In this document: positions 1 through 8,608 of the stretch, piece by piece | Layout: the number at the start of each line of letters is the position of its first letter | How positions within the stretch are numbered: position 1 is the stretch's first letter | DNA from: an uncultured Acidobacteriota bacterium | Lineage (GTDB): Bacteria; Acidobacteriota; Terriglobia; Terriglobales; Acidobacteriaceae | Assembly (NCBI GenBank): GCA_963757135.1 | Contig: CAVWQE010000008.1 | Coordinates: forward strand, 469,167-533,166 | DNA length: 64,000 nt | Direction: 5' to 3' | Translations under genes and position numbers: made by a program | The notes under the pieces: model-generated | Told to the model about the DNA's origin: nothing | Seen by the model: the letters and a program-made list of their open reading frames with translations, nothing else | Database searches by the model: none

Positions 1-694
1 GCCGAAAGAGACGGTTACGCTGGTTGCGCCCTCGATGGACATTCCGGTCATGAAGCCGGCGAAAGCTCCGTCAGGTGGCGGTGGCGGCGGTGGCGACCGC
101 GACAAGTTCCAGGCGCCTAAGGGGAATATCCCCAAGCCGGCGATGGAGCAGATTACGCCTCCAGCGATTGTTGTCCGCAACGATCATCCCAAACTGGCGG
201 TTGAACCCACAGTGGTGATGCCTCCACAAGTGAAGCTGGCGATGAATGCGCCGAACCTCGGCAATCCTACGGCGGCGATGCCGTCGGGCCCGCCTTCGAA
301 TGGAACCGGTTCAGGCGGCGGCATCGGCTCAGGCTCGGGCGGCGGCATCGGCGTCGGCACCGGACCGGGAGTTGGCGAAGGCCGCGGCGGCGGAATCGGA
401 GGCGGTGTGTTTCGTGTGGGCGGCGGCGTGAGTGCGCCCAAAGTCACCTATCAGCCTGACCCGGAGTATTCGGAAGAGGCCCGCAAAGCGAAGTACCAGG
501 GCGTGTGTGTTCTGAGCTTGATTGTTGGACCTGATGGCAAGCCGCGCGACGTTAAGGTCGCACGCAGCCTCGGCTTAGGCCTGGATGAGAAGGCGATTGA
601 AGCCGTTAACCAGTGGAAGTTTGAACCGGCTCAAAAGGACGGCAAGCCAGTCGCTGTCGCGATTAACGTAGAAGTGACTTTCAGGCTTTATTGA
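1..694 (+). CDS. TonB-family protein, C-terminal domain (5' partial; the frame is open to the window edge)
   Basis: Gly/Pro-rich linker followed by a TonB_C-like end (VSAPKVTYQPDPEYSEEARKAKYQGVCVLSLIVGPDGKPRDVKVARSLGLGLDEKAIEAVNQWKFEP). The reading frame is open upstream of the ATG at 35. Confidence 0.75.
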   Translation, partial: PKETVTLVAPSMDIPVMKPAKAPSGGGGGGGDRDKFQAPKGNIPKPAMEQITPPAIVVRNDHPKLAVEPTVVMPPQVKLAMNAPNLGNPTAAMPSGPPSNGTGSGGGIGSGSGGGIGVGTGPGVGEGRGGGIGGGVFRVGGGVSAPKVTYQPDPEYSEEARKAKYQGVCVLSLIVGPDGKPRDVKVARSLGLGLDEKAIEAVNQWKFEPAQKDGKPVAVAINVEVTFRLY

Positions 695-715
695 AATCAG
701 AATTGCTAGGTGTAT

Positions 716-745
716 GGGCCGGCTTGCGAGCTGGCCCATTTTCTT
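716..745 (+). terminator. Candidate intrinsic terminator between the convergent TonB-like gene and murI
   Basis: Hairpin GGGCCGGC-TTGCGA-GCTGGCCC (one mismatch) followed by ATTTTCTT. Confidence 0.45.
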
Positions 746-752
746 GGTGCCT

Positions 753-1583
753 TTATTCTTTAAGGTCCACGTGGGTGATGTTTACGATCTTCTGGCCAAG
801 GAACGAAGATCCCAGGCGACGGAATTTTTCAGTCGAGTCGGTGACGAAGAATCTGAGCTGCCCCGTTGTTTTCGCTTCTGGCGGGTCGAGTTGAGGGCCC
901 TGGTTGGCTCTGAGAATGTTGTGTACCGCCAACGCGGTGGACTCAGCAGAGTCGACAAGCGTGACATGGTCTGGCGCGACGCGCTGCAGAAGCGGCTTCA
1001 GCAGAGGATAGTGCGTGCAGCCGAGAAGCAGAACATCAGCGGGAGCGAAACCATCACTGAACGCTTCATTCAAATAAATGCGCGCCACTTGCTCGGTCAC
1101 GGGATGGTCCACCCAGCCTTCTTCCACCAGCGGGACCAATAGAGGGCAGGCCTTCTCGCGTGCTTCGATGTTCAACGCAGCCAGAGCCTTCTGGTATGCA
1201 TGACTCGATATTGTGGCATCAGTGCCTACCACGACAACTTTGCGCTCTCGCGACGCCAGTTTCGCCTGCTGTGCCCCGGGCTCGATAACGCCGACCACCG
1301 GCACCGAAGATGCTTTCTTGATCTGATCCAGCGCGAGGGCGGTGGCCGTGTTGCAGGCGATCACCAGCATCCCTGCGCCTTGCTGCTCGAGGAACTTGGC
1401 GGCTTCGCAAGCGTAGCGGGCAACGGTCTCGACGGATTTCGACCCGTAGGGCAGGCGAGCCGTGTCTCCAAAGTAGAGATAATCGGCGTCGGGGACAACT
1501 TCAAGTAAAGCTTTAAGTACGGTCAGCCCTCCGAAGCCGGAGTCGAAGACGCCGATAGAGTTATGCACGAATATAGTGTACAC
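753..1583 (-). CDS. murI: Glutamate racemase
   Basis: IGVFDSGFGGLTV, GDTARLPYGSKS, VIACNTA and LGCTHYP motifs typical of MurI. The start is GTG at 1583 or GTG at 1568. Confidence 0.9.
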   Translation of the reverse strand: MYTIFVHNSIGVFDSGFGGLTVLKALLEVVPDADYLYFGDTARLPYGSKSVETVARYACEAAKFLEQQGAGMLVIACNTATALALDQIKKASSVPVVGVIEPGAQQAKLASRERKVVVVGTDATISSHAYQKALAALNIEAREKACPLLVPLVEEGWVDHPVTEQVARIYLNEAFSDGFAPADVLLLGCTHYPLLKPLLQRVAPDHVTLVDSAESTALAVHNILRANQGPQLDPPEAKTTGQLRFFVTDSTEKFRRLGSSFLGQKIVNITHVDLKE

Positions 1584-1592
1584 TATTGTCGT

Positions 1593-1814
1593 ATGAAAAA
1601 CATTACTTTAAGCGCGGAAGAACATCTCATCGAAGAAGCGAGACGAACGGCGCAGGCGCAGCACAAGACGCTGAATGCGGCTTTTCGTGAGTGGCTCGAA
1701 CAATATACTGCGCAAAGTGGGGATGTTGAGGCCTACGAGCGATTGATGAAGAAACTCAGAGGTCGTGTAGTCGCCGGCCGCAAATTCAGCCGGGAAGAAA
1801 TGAATGAAAGGTAG
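1593..1814 (+). CDS. Small antitoxin (ribbon-helix-helix/VapB-like)
   Basis: About 73 aa (MKNITLSAEEHLIEEARRTAQAQHKTLNAAFREWL). It overlaps the downstream PIN gene by 11 nt. The internal ATG at 1593 is preferred over 1563, which would overlap murI. Confidence 0.6.
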   Translation: MKNITLSAEEHLIEEARRTAQAQHKTLNAAFREWLEQYTAQSGDVEAYERLMKKLRGRVVAGRKFSREEMNER

Positions 1815-2223
1815 GTTTTTTCTAGACACCAATGTGTTTGTCTACGAATTTGACTCGCGTGCTCCCGCCAAGGCGGCGCAAGCCTCGGCGCTGATCCGAA
1901 CGGCCCTTCGGACGAAACGCGGAGTGGTGAGTTATCAGGTTATTCAGGAGTTCTTTAACGTCGCGTTTAAGAGCTTTTTGAAACCGCTCCCTGTTGACGA
2001 TGCTGAGAATTATCTCCGAACCATCTTCATGCCATTACTTGCGGTTCATTCCTCTGCCCGGCTTTACGTTGAAGCGATCCGCATCAGGGATTCCCACCGC
2101 CTCTCTTGGTACGACTCCTTAATAGTTTCGGCAGCACTCGATGCTGATTGCGAGATCCTATATTCAGAAGATCTTCAAGATGGACGAAAATTGGAAGGCC
2201 TGACGATCCAGAACCCGTTCTAG
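1804..2223 (+). CDS. vapC: PIN-domain ribonuclease toxin (VapC family)
   Basis: 139 aa. N-terminal FLDTNVFVY acidic motif, later SWYDSLIVSAAL and a C-terminal SEDLQDG acidic residue. Paired with the upstream small ORF. Confidence 0.75.
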   Translation: MKGRFFLDTNVFVYEFDSRAPAKAAQASALIRTALRTKRGVVSYQVIQEFFNVAFKSFLKPLPVDDAENYLRTIFMPLLAVHSSARLYVEAIRIRDSHRLSWYDSLIVSAALDADCEILYSEDLQDGRKLEGLTIQNPF

Positions 2224-2241
2224 CTGATTAGAAGCAGCATG

Positions 2242-3462
2242 CTAAACCGTATTCCGACGAGCCCGAACTTCCGCAATATCCAACAATTCCGTCCGGGCGC
2301 AGCATTGGCCCGGGGGTATAGCCGCTCCATGCGGGCACGTCTTCGGATGGCCCAGAAAGGTGCAGATTTTGTCGGTAGCCTCTGGCGAAAGAATATGTTC
2401 GAACTTGCAGGCTTGCTGCTCGATTTCGGTTTCGCTGTCGAGAGCAAGGCTATCGGTGAACAAGCGTTCAGCCAGGCGATGTCTGCGGATAATATCCGCC
2501 GCGCGCTGTCGCCCGCGGTCAGTCAGCTCCACGATCATGCTGCCGTCGCCAATCGAAACGCCGGAAGGCTTGAGCGCGTCGTGGCATGGATTCACGAATG
2601 GCTTGTGATCGTGCGCTAACGGCGGATGCGGCGCAGTGGTCAGCAAGCCCATATCGCGCATGCGTTCGACGGCAAGGCTCACCGGCAGCGCGCCGTGCAC
2701 TTCCATGTGTTCGATCTCGGCGATCTCTCCGTGTTCTTCCATAGCCCACAGTTCTTCGAGGACTTCGTCGAATTGCTCGTCGTCGGCCATGGAGAAAACT
2801 TCCTGCGCCGCGATTTTGCCATGGTGGAGTTCGATTCGACGATCGCTCAGGCGCGCCACCACCGGATCGTGCGTCACCATGACGATGGTTCGGCCCTGAC
2901 TGTGCAGCTCGCGCAAGAGACGCAGCACAATTTCTTCGTTCGCGGCATCGAGATTGCCGGTAGGCTCATCCGCGAGAATAATTTTGGGATCGTTGATTAA
3001 GGCGCGGGCAATGCACACACGTTGCTGTTCACCGCCCGAGAGCTGCGCCGGAATGTGGTGAGCCCGGTCTTTCAGCCCCACTCGGGCGAGCGCGGCCAAG
3101 GCTTCCTGCTCGTCAGTCATGCTGTGGAAGTATTGCGCCAGCATGACGTTCTCAATGGCCGAAAGATACGGAATGAGGTGGAACTGCTGGAAAACAAATC
3201 CAATCTTTTCGGCCCGCACCCGGTTGAGATCGTTGGTGCTGAGAGAAGCGACATTTTCATTGTCGAGCCAGATTTCGCCGGAACTGGGGCGATCGAGACA
3301 GCCGATGAGATTCACCAGGGTAGATTTCCCCGAGCCCGACGGGCCCATGATGGCAATCCATTCGCCGGAGTCAACCTGCAAGCTGAAATCGTCTAGGGCA
3401 CGAATACCGCCACCGGCGCTTCTCGCTGCATAAATTCTGCTGACATTTTTCAGCCGGATCAT
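2242..3462 (-). CDS. ABC transporter ATP-binding protein (MacB/LolD-like) fused to a C-terminal DtxR/IdeR-like metal-dependent regulator module
   Basis: Walker [10 protein letters not shown], signature LSGGEQQR, Walker B ILADEPT, H-loop VTHD. The C-terminal roughly 170 aa contain [10 protein letters not shown]...[11 protein letters not shown]...[14 protein letters not shown], which resembles DtxR helices and metal-site residues. Confidence 0.8.
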   Translation of the reverse strand: MIRLKNVSRIYAARSAGGGIRALDDFSLQVDSGEWIAIMGPSGSGKSTLVNLIGCLDRPSSGEIWLDNENVASLSTNDLNRVRAEKIGFVFQQFHLIPYLSAIENVMLAQYFHSMTDEQEALAALARVGLKDRAHHIPAQLSGGEQQRVCIARALINDPKIILADEPTGNLDAANEEIVLRLLRELHSQGRTIVMVTHDPVVARLSDRRIELHHGKIAAQEVFSMADDEQFDEVLEELWAMEEHGEIAEIEHMEVHGALPVSLAVERMRDMGLLTTAPHPPLAHDHKPFVNPCHDALKPSGVSIGDGSMIVELTDRGRQRAADIIRRHRLAERLFTDSLALDSETEIEQQACKFEHILSPEATDKICTFLGHPKTCPHGAAIPPGQCCARTELLDIAEVRARRNTV

Positions 3463-4580
3463 TATTCGCCCCTCAGAATCATAGCGGGCTGGATGGCGCG
3501 CAGCAATCGCAAGGGAAGCAACGTCGCCAAGAGCGTTACGGCCAGACAGCCGAGCAGAACGGAGGGCAGCACGCTAAGCCGCAGCGCGACAGGAGCATGA
3601 AAGTTGGCGCGGCCAATCCATTCAGCGATGCCGAATCCGGCGGCAAATCCGATAACACCGCCGGTCAATCCCAAAATTGCGGCTTCCCCGGAGACGAATG
3701 CGGCGATCAGACGATCAGAAGCCCCCAGCGCCTTCATGATGGCGAAATCACGGCGCCGGTCAAAGACCCAGCCCATGAGGGTTGCGAGCACGCACAGCGC
3801 AGCTATCGACACGATGAACGAGGAAGACCACAGCAGAGTAGAGCGCGTCTTACCAAGAATGTTGGCCTCGCCCTCTGTGACCTGCCGCACCGCGCGCACG
3901 TCGGCGGATGGCAGAGCAGTGCGAAGATCCTGAATCGTTGTACTGATATCTTGCGCAGAACCGAACGCCGAAATCTCAATCACGGAGGGTTCAATGCCAG
4001 TCCAGGCGCGGAAGCTTTGAAGTGAGATATAGACGCGGCTGTCTTCACCGGCCCCGGTGTGAACGCTTCCCGCTGGAGACAGACTAAGGCGGCGCCCCTG
4101 AAAGGTCAGGGTGAAAGGAGCGCCGCTGTTTTGATTCAGCAATTGCGCAGCGCGCACTCCCACCAAGGCTTCGTCGTCGGCGGTTGGCCACGCACTGACC
4201 GACCACCACGGATTCAACTCGCGTGCGGCAGCAAAGTCGGTTCCTGCAACAACGATCGGTTGATCTTTGTCGGTGCGAGCGACAGCGTAAGCGAAGGGAA
4301 CTGCCAAGCCGCGGCCTCTGAGTGTCGAAGCAATCTTCTGGACTAGGTCCGGCATTAATGTCCCGCCAGTGCCCGATTGCACTACAATGTTCGCGCCAAA
4401 TTTCCGGAATTCCTTGCGCAGCTTGGTTTGAACATCCACGTAGAGGTTCAGCATCGCTGTGGCAGCCGCGGCCGCGACGATGACAGCCGCGAGGGCTGCT
4501 GCCGCTTGTCCTTTGCGCAGCACAGCCGCGCGCCTCAGCATGCGGAAGTACATTGCGGGCCTGGCGGCGCTTCCGCTCAT
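3462..4580 (-). CDS. ABC transporter permease, FtsX/MacB-type
   Basis: N-terminal TM helix, a large periplasmic domain, then the C-terminal FtsX-like TM bundle (DFAIMKALGASDRLI...). 1-nt and 4-nt overlaps with neighbouring genes. Confidence 0.8.
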   Translation of the reverse strand: MSGSAARPAMYFRMLRRAAVLRKGQAAAALAAVIVAAAAATAMLNLYVDVQTKLRKEFRKFGANIVVQSGTGGTLMPDLVQKIASTLRGRGLAVPFAYAVARTDKDQPIVVAGTDFAAARELNPWWSVSAWPTADDEALVGVRAAQLLNQNSGAPFTLTFQGRRLSLSPAGSVHTGAGEDSRVYISLQSFRAWTGIEPSVIEISAFGSAQDISTTIQDLRTALPSADVRAVRQVTEGEANILGKTRSTLLWSSSFIVSIAALCVLATLMGWVFDRRRDFAIMKALGASDRLIAAFVSGEAAILGLTGGVIGFAAGFGIAEWIGRANFHAPVALRLSVLPSVLLGCLAVTLLATLLPLRLLRAIQPAMILRGE

Positions 4581-5830
4581 GCTTCACCTCGCAATGCGAG
4601 CACCGGATCGTATTTGACCGCGCGACGAATCGCGAGCGCACTGCCGGCGAAGGTCACGGCAACTGCGAGACCCAGGATGACGGGCAGCAGCACCGGCGCG
4701 ACTGCGATCTTCGAACCGAAAATCGCGCGGCCCAGTTCGCGTGCCAGCAGCGTTCCAAAGAAGAAACCGACGATACCGCCTCCGATTGCCAGCAGCACTG
4801 CCTCCGTGATGTAGATCATAGAAAGCGGAAAATATCCGGCGCCGAGCGCTTTCATCAGTCCCACTTCCGTGCGTCGCTCGAACATTGCCGTTGCCATTGC
4901 CGCGGAAACGGCCAGCCCTGACGTGAATAGCGCAGCCAGCGTAATCAGCAGAATGATTCCCTTAATGCGCGACAAAATGCCGCCTTCGTTCTGCGCAACC
5001 TGGCGAATCTGTTCGGCGTGCGAATGCGGAATCGCTTCCCGCAACTGGAAGGCGATTGACTGTGGATATGGCGAACAGTACCAGCGATCGCGATCAGCGG
5101 GGCTGAGTGAGTCAGGATTACGCCGGGCAAACGCGTCTTCAGGCTTGGTGACGGCGCTGACATAAATCTTGCGGACAGCGCCCGGCTTTCCGGCGAGGGT
5201 TTGTGCGAGCCGGAGAGGAGCCACAATCTGCTCATCTTCGGCTCCGCCAGTGGAAAGAATTCCCGAGACGTGATGTTGATTGCCGTCGATCGCAAGTTGG
5301 GCTCCCGGGGTAACTCCGAGATTGCCCGCAAGTTGTTCGCCTACGAGTACGTCGTCGGAATCATCGGCCGGCCACGCGCCGTGCACCTTCCACCAGGGAA
5401 ACGCTTTCTGTGCGCCGGTCGTTAACGTGTCTTTGCCGAATTGCAATTGCTTAGCGAAATATGTTCCCAAGAGCGTGACTTGGCCGGAGCCGGCCTGCAC
5501 GTTGACCGGAAGTTCGGGCGCAAATGCCGTAATGTTGTTTCGCCAGAAAATCCCCTTGATCTTTGGAAGAGCTGATTCGTCGAGATACGCTCCGTTAGTG
5601 GACGGTTTAAAGTTGACGCTGCCTATCTGCACATCGAGAGTGTCTTCCTCAGGCGTGACCACCAGGTTGGCGCCATAAGTGCGGAGCTCGCGGCTGATCT
5701 TGTCCCCAATGCCGGTGGCAATTCCGATCATCGCCGTCGAAACCGTTGCGCCGAGGGTCACAGCGATCGCCACCAGCAGCTTGCGGCGGGTCTGCCGTCG
5801 AAAAGATTCATAGACGAGTCGAACGAACAT
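4577..5830 (-). CDS. ABC transporter permease, FtsX/MacB-type
   Basis: Same architecture as the neighbouring permease (EVGLMKALGAGYFPL, C-terminal TM bundle). Overlaps the downstream permease gene. Confidence 0.8.
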   Translation of the reverse strand: MFVRLVYESFRRQTRRKLLVAIAVTLGATVSTAMIGIATGIGDKISRELRTYGANLVVTPEEDTLDVQIGSVNFKPSTNGAYLDESALPKIKGIFWRNNITAFAPELPVNVQAGSGQVTLLGTYFAKQLQFGKDTLTTGAQKAFPWWKVHGAWPADDSDDVLVGEQLAGNLGVTPGAQLAIDGNQHHVSGILSTGGAEDEQIVAPLRLAQTLAGKPGAVRKIYVSAVTKPEDAFARRNPDSLSPADRDRWYCSPYPQSIAFQLREAIPHSHAEQIRQVAQNEGGILSRIKGIILLITLAALFTSGLAVSAAMATAMFERRTEVGLMKALGAGYFPLSMIYITEAVLLAIGGGIVGFFFGTLLARELGRAIFGSKIAVAPVLLPVILGLAVAVTFAGSALAIRRAVKYDPVLALRGEA

Positions 5831-5839
5831 AAAAAGAAG

Positions 5840-7087
5840 TCAGCGCTGAAAGATGTGCGCTCCCGCCGCCACATCAGATTCATGAATCACAATGTCTCCG
5901 CCGTTAGTGGTTGATTGCAGCGGCAGGGGATTGCAGCCTCCGGGAGTGCCTACGGATTGGGGGTTGATCGGCGCGGCGCAGTTCTTGCAGACCAGCCCAT
6001 TCGGCCCCTTGAAGAAGCCGACCGGGCCGCAGATCTGACAGGCGTCAAATACCGCGACAACTTTGCCGTCCGGCTTTTGATAAAGCAAGAAGCGAATCTC
6101 GGTCCCGTTCTCGTGGACTGAGAAGCGATGTAGATCGCCGTCAGAAACTTGCCCCAATGGAATATTTGCGACGCCGTTGACAAAGCTGACCGGAGTCGCC
6201 GGAGAAAGCTGGCTCGTGCTCTTGGCGTAAATAAATTCGGCGGTGACCAGCATGATGAATACGAACGAAGTTACGTAGACAGACATCGTCCATAGGCGCT
6301 CACGCCGCGCAGTCCAGGCGGCTTTCCGCTTTTCTGCGGAAGTCTCAGGCACTGGCGCAGGCTGACGGCGCTTGGCATCGAACAGCAACATCAGTGCCGC
6401 CAGAGCGAGGATTAGAACGATAAAGAACCATTCGTTGCTCACGATGGGCCCAATCAACGCCATCTCTTCTTTGGAAGAGGGAAGCACGCCGTTTTCTGAG
6501 AGCTCGTGCAGTCCGGAGATGATCAACTGGCCAGCAACGAGGAACAAAATCACCGTGGTGACGCGGAAAAACTTTTGCAGATTAATGCGGACGCTGCCTT
6601 TAACAAACATCACTCCGAACAGCACTGCCGCGAAGATGCCGGCAAGGGTTCCGATAAAGCTGAGAAGCGCGCTGGAGTTCAGAGTCACGGCAGCGAGGAA
6701 CAGAACAGTTTCCGCGCCTTCACGCAAGATCATCAGAAAGACAAACAGGAACACGCCGATCTGCGAACCGCGGCTGGTCAATGTACCCAGCTTGCCTTCG
6801 ATCTCGCCTTTCATCTTCTTGCCGGTTCGGATCATAAAGATGATCATGGTGACGACGAAGAAAGCAGCCGCCAGCATGACCCAGCCTTCGAAGATGTCTT
6901 CATTCAGTTGCAGGCGAGACAGGGCAATAGCGACGCCGATACTGGCAATGAAGGCAGCACCGAGTCCAAAAAAGACGGAGCGGCGGAGGTCCGGCCTTTG
7001 GACCTTATTCAGATACGCGAGCGTAATGCCGACGATGAGCGCGGCTTCGACGCCTTCGCGCAGAGTGACAATAAAAGCTTCGAGCAA
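5840..7087 (-). CDS. FTR1-family iron permease fused to a Cys-rich DUF2318-like C-terminal domain
   Basis: Two REXXE motifs (LREGVEAALIV, LREGAETVLFL) in a multi-TM N-terminal half. The C-terminal half has FDACQICGPVGF...CKNCAAPINPQSVGTPGGCNPLP. TTG start. Confidence 0.8.
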   Translation of the reverse strand: MLEAFIVTLREGVEAALIVGITLAYLNKVQRPDLRRSVFFGLGAAFIASIGVAIALSRLQLNEDIFEGWVMLAAAFFVVTMIIFMIRTGKKMKGEIEGKLGTLTSRGSQIGVFLFVFLMILREGAETVLFLAAVTLNSSALLSFIGTLAGIFAAVLFGVMFVKGSVRINLQKFFRVTTVILFLVAGQLIISGLHELSENGVLPSSKEEMALIGPIVSNEWFFIVLILALAALMLLFDAKRRQPAPVPETSAEKRKAAWTARRERLWTMSVYVTSFVFIMLVTAEFIYAKSTSQLSPATPVSFVNGVANIPLGQVSDGDLHRFSVHENGTEIRFLLYQKPDGKVVAVFDACQICGPVGFFKGPNGLVCKNCAAPINPQSVGTPGGCNPLPLQSTTNGGDIVIHESDVAAGAHIFQR

Positions 7088-7114
7088 GGGTGTCCTTTTG
7101 GAGGAAGTTACAGA

Positions 7115-7129
7115 TGCAACTGAGTTGCA
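7115..7129. promoter_or_regulatory. Perfect 7-1-7 palindrome TGCAACT-G-AGTTGCA, a candidate operator upstream of the FTR1 operon
   Basis: Read directly from the sequence. It lies 28 to 42 nt upstream of the FTR1 start, in the 98-nt gap after ndh. Confidence 0.4.
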
Positions 7130-7185
7130 ACTAGCTGACTAATCTTAAGGATAGCTGCACTCGGAGAGGCAGTCAATGCGCGGAC

Positions 7186-8496
7186 CTACACCTTCATCGC
7201 TGGTTCGCTCTCCCGCTCCTTCGGCGGGGTCACCGTCCAACCGGGAAGAGTCGTGTCACCGGTGATCAGCCGTGCTCCACGTTCGTAGGTAAGATACGAC
7301 CACGCCCACTGGATGAGTACAATGATGCGGTTGCGAAAGCCGATCAGGAAGAAAATGTGCACGAACAGCCAGGCGAGCCAGGCAAAATATCCTGAAATAT
7401 GCAGCTTGCGAATTTGCGCAACCGCAGCGGCGCGGCCTATGGTCGCAAGATTCCCCTTATCGAGATAGTGGAAATTCTGGCGCGGTTGATGTTTCAGGTC
7501 GCGCGCAATGGTTTTCGCGACGGCGCGTCCTTCCTGCAATGCAACGGGAGCGACGCCGGGTAGCATGTTGCCATGCTCGTCCTTCAAGGTTGCGAGGTCG
7601 CCGATAACGAATACTTCCGGATGGCCGGGGAGCGACAGGTCTGGGGCGACCGGGACGCGTCCAGCGCGATCCACCTGAACGCCGAGCTTTTTGCCCAGAC
7701 TCGAAGCCTGGACTCCAGCGGCCCAGAGCACTACGGCGGCGGGAATGCGTTCTTGACCGACCCAGACCGCGCCCGGCTCAATATTGGTGACCATTGCTGA
7801 AGCGCGAACTTCGACGCCCAGTTTCTCCAACTGGCGAACTGCGCTGGAGGAAAGATCTGGCGGGTACACGGGAAGGACGCGCGGCCCCCCTTCAAGCAGA
7901 ACGATGCGCGTGCGCTTGGGATCGATGGTGGCGAATTCATCCTGCAGAACCTTCCTAGCGATTTCAGCCAGAGTTCCGGCGAGTTCTACCCCGGTTGGAC
8001 CGCCGCCCACTAACACGAAATTTAGCGGCGGCTCAGGCTCGCCGGCCAGAGTTGCGCGCTCTGCGAGTTCGAACGCCAGCAGCACCCGCCGGCGAATTTC
8101 GAGCGCGTCTTCGATGGTCTTGAGTCCGGGAGCAAGCGGCGCCCACTCGTCGTGTCCGAAATAAGAATGGCGGGCGCCGGCGGCGACGACCAGATAGTCA
8201 TAAGGAATCTCGAGGTCAGCGAGCTTTACCAGCTTCTGCGAAAGGTCGAAACCGATCACCTCGCCGAGCAGCACTTCTACATTTTTGCGCCCGCGTAAGA
8301 TCCAGCGGATAGGCGCGGCGATTTCGGCGGGAGAAATCCCGGCGGTCGCAACCTGGTACATCAGCGGTTGAAAGGTGTGATGATTTTTGCGGTCAATCAC
8401 AGTCACGCGTACCGGCAACCTAGCCAGCCTGCGAGCAGCCTCCAGGCCACCGAATCCCGCACCGATGACAACAACGCGAGTTTCGTTTTGCGCCAT
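7186..8496 (-). CDS. ndh: Type II NADH dehydrogenase (NDH-2), FAD-dependent pyridine nucleotide-disulfide oxidoreductase
   Basis: VVVIGAGFGGLEAA and VLVGGGPTGVELAG dinucleotide folds, FVIGD motif, and a C-terminal hydrophobic anchor. Confidence 0.85.
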   Translation of the reverse strand: MAQNETRVVVIGAGFGGLEAARRLARLPVRVTVIDRKNHHTFQPLMYQVATAGISPAEIAAPIRWILRGRKNVEVLLGEVIGFDLSQKLVKLADLEIPYDYLVVAAGARHSYFGHDEWAPLAPGLKTIEDALEIRRRVLLAFELAERATLAGEPEPPLNFVLVGGGPTGVELAGTLAEIARKVLQDEFATIDPKRTRIVLLEGGPRVLPVYPPDLSSSAVRQLEKLGVEVRASAMVTNIEPGAVWVGQERIPAAVVLWAAGVQASSLGKKLGVQVDRAGRVPVAPDLSLPGHPEVFVIGDLATLKDEHGNMLPGVAPVALQEGRAVAKTIARDLKHQPRQNFHYLDKGNLATIGRAAAVAQIRKLHISGYFAWLAWLFVHIFFLIGFRNRIIVLIQWAWSYLTYERGARLITGDTTLPGWTVTPPKERESEPAMKV

Positions 8497-8608
8497 AACA
8501 CTCCTTCCGCCAAGATGTAATCGGCCGCACGAGCCCTTGCATCTGAACGTTATATAGATTCATAAATGTCGTCGAAATCCAAACTTTTTTCCGTCCGGAG
8601 AATCGCGC

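Noticed and set aside
184-447. Overlapping 87-aa (minus) and 61-aa (plus) ORFs in the Gly-rich linker of the TonB-like gene
   Set aside because: They are generated by the GGC-rich low-complexity DNA that encodes the Gly/Pro linker. They are not independent genes.
6372-7142. 256-aa and 205-aa plus-strand ORFs over the FTR1 gene
   Set aside because: They are antisense to a gene with REXXE motifs and a coherent TM pattern. Their composition is Ser/Arg-rich with no domain signature.
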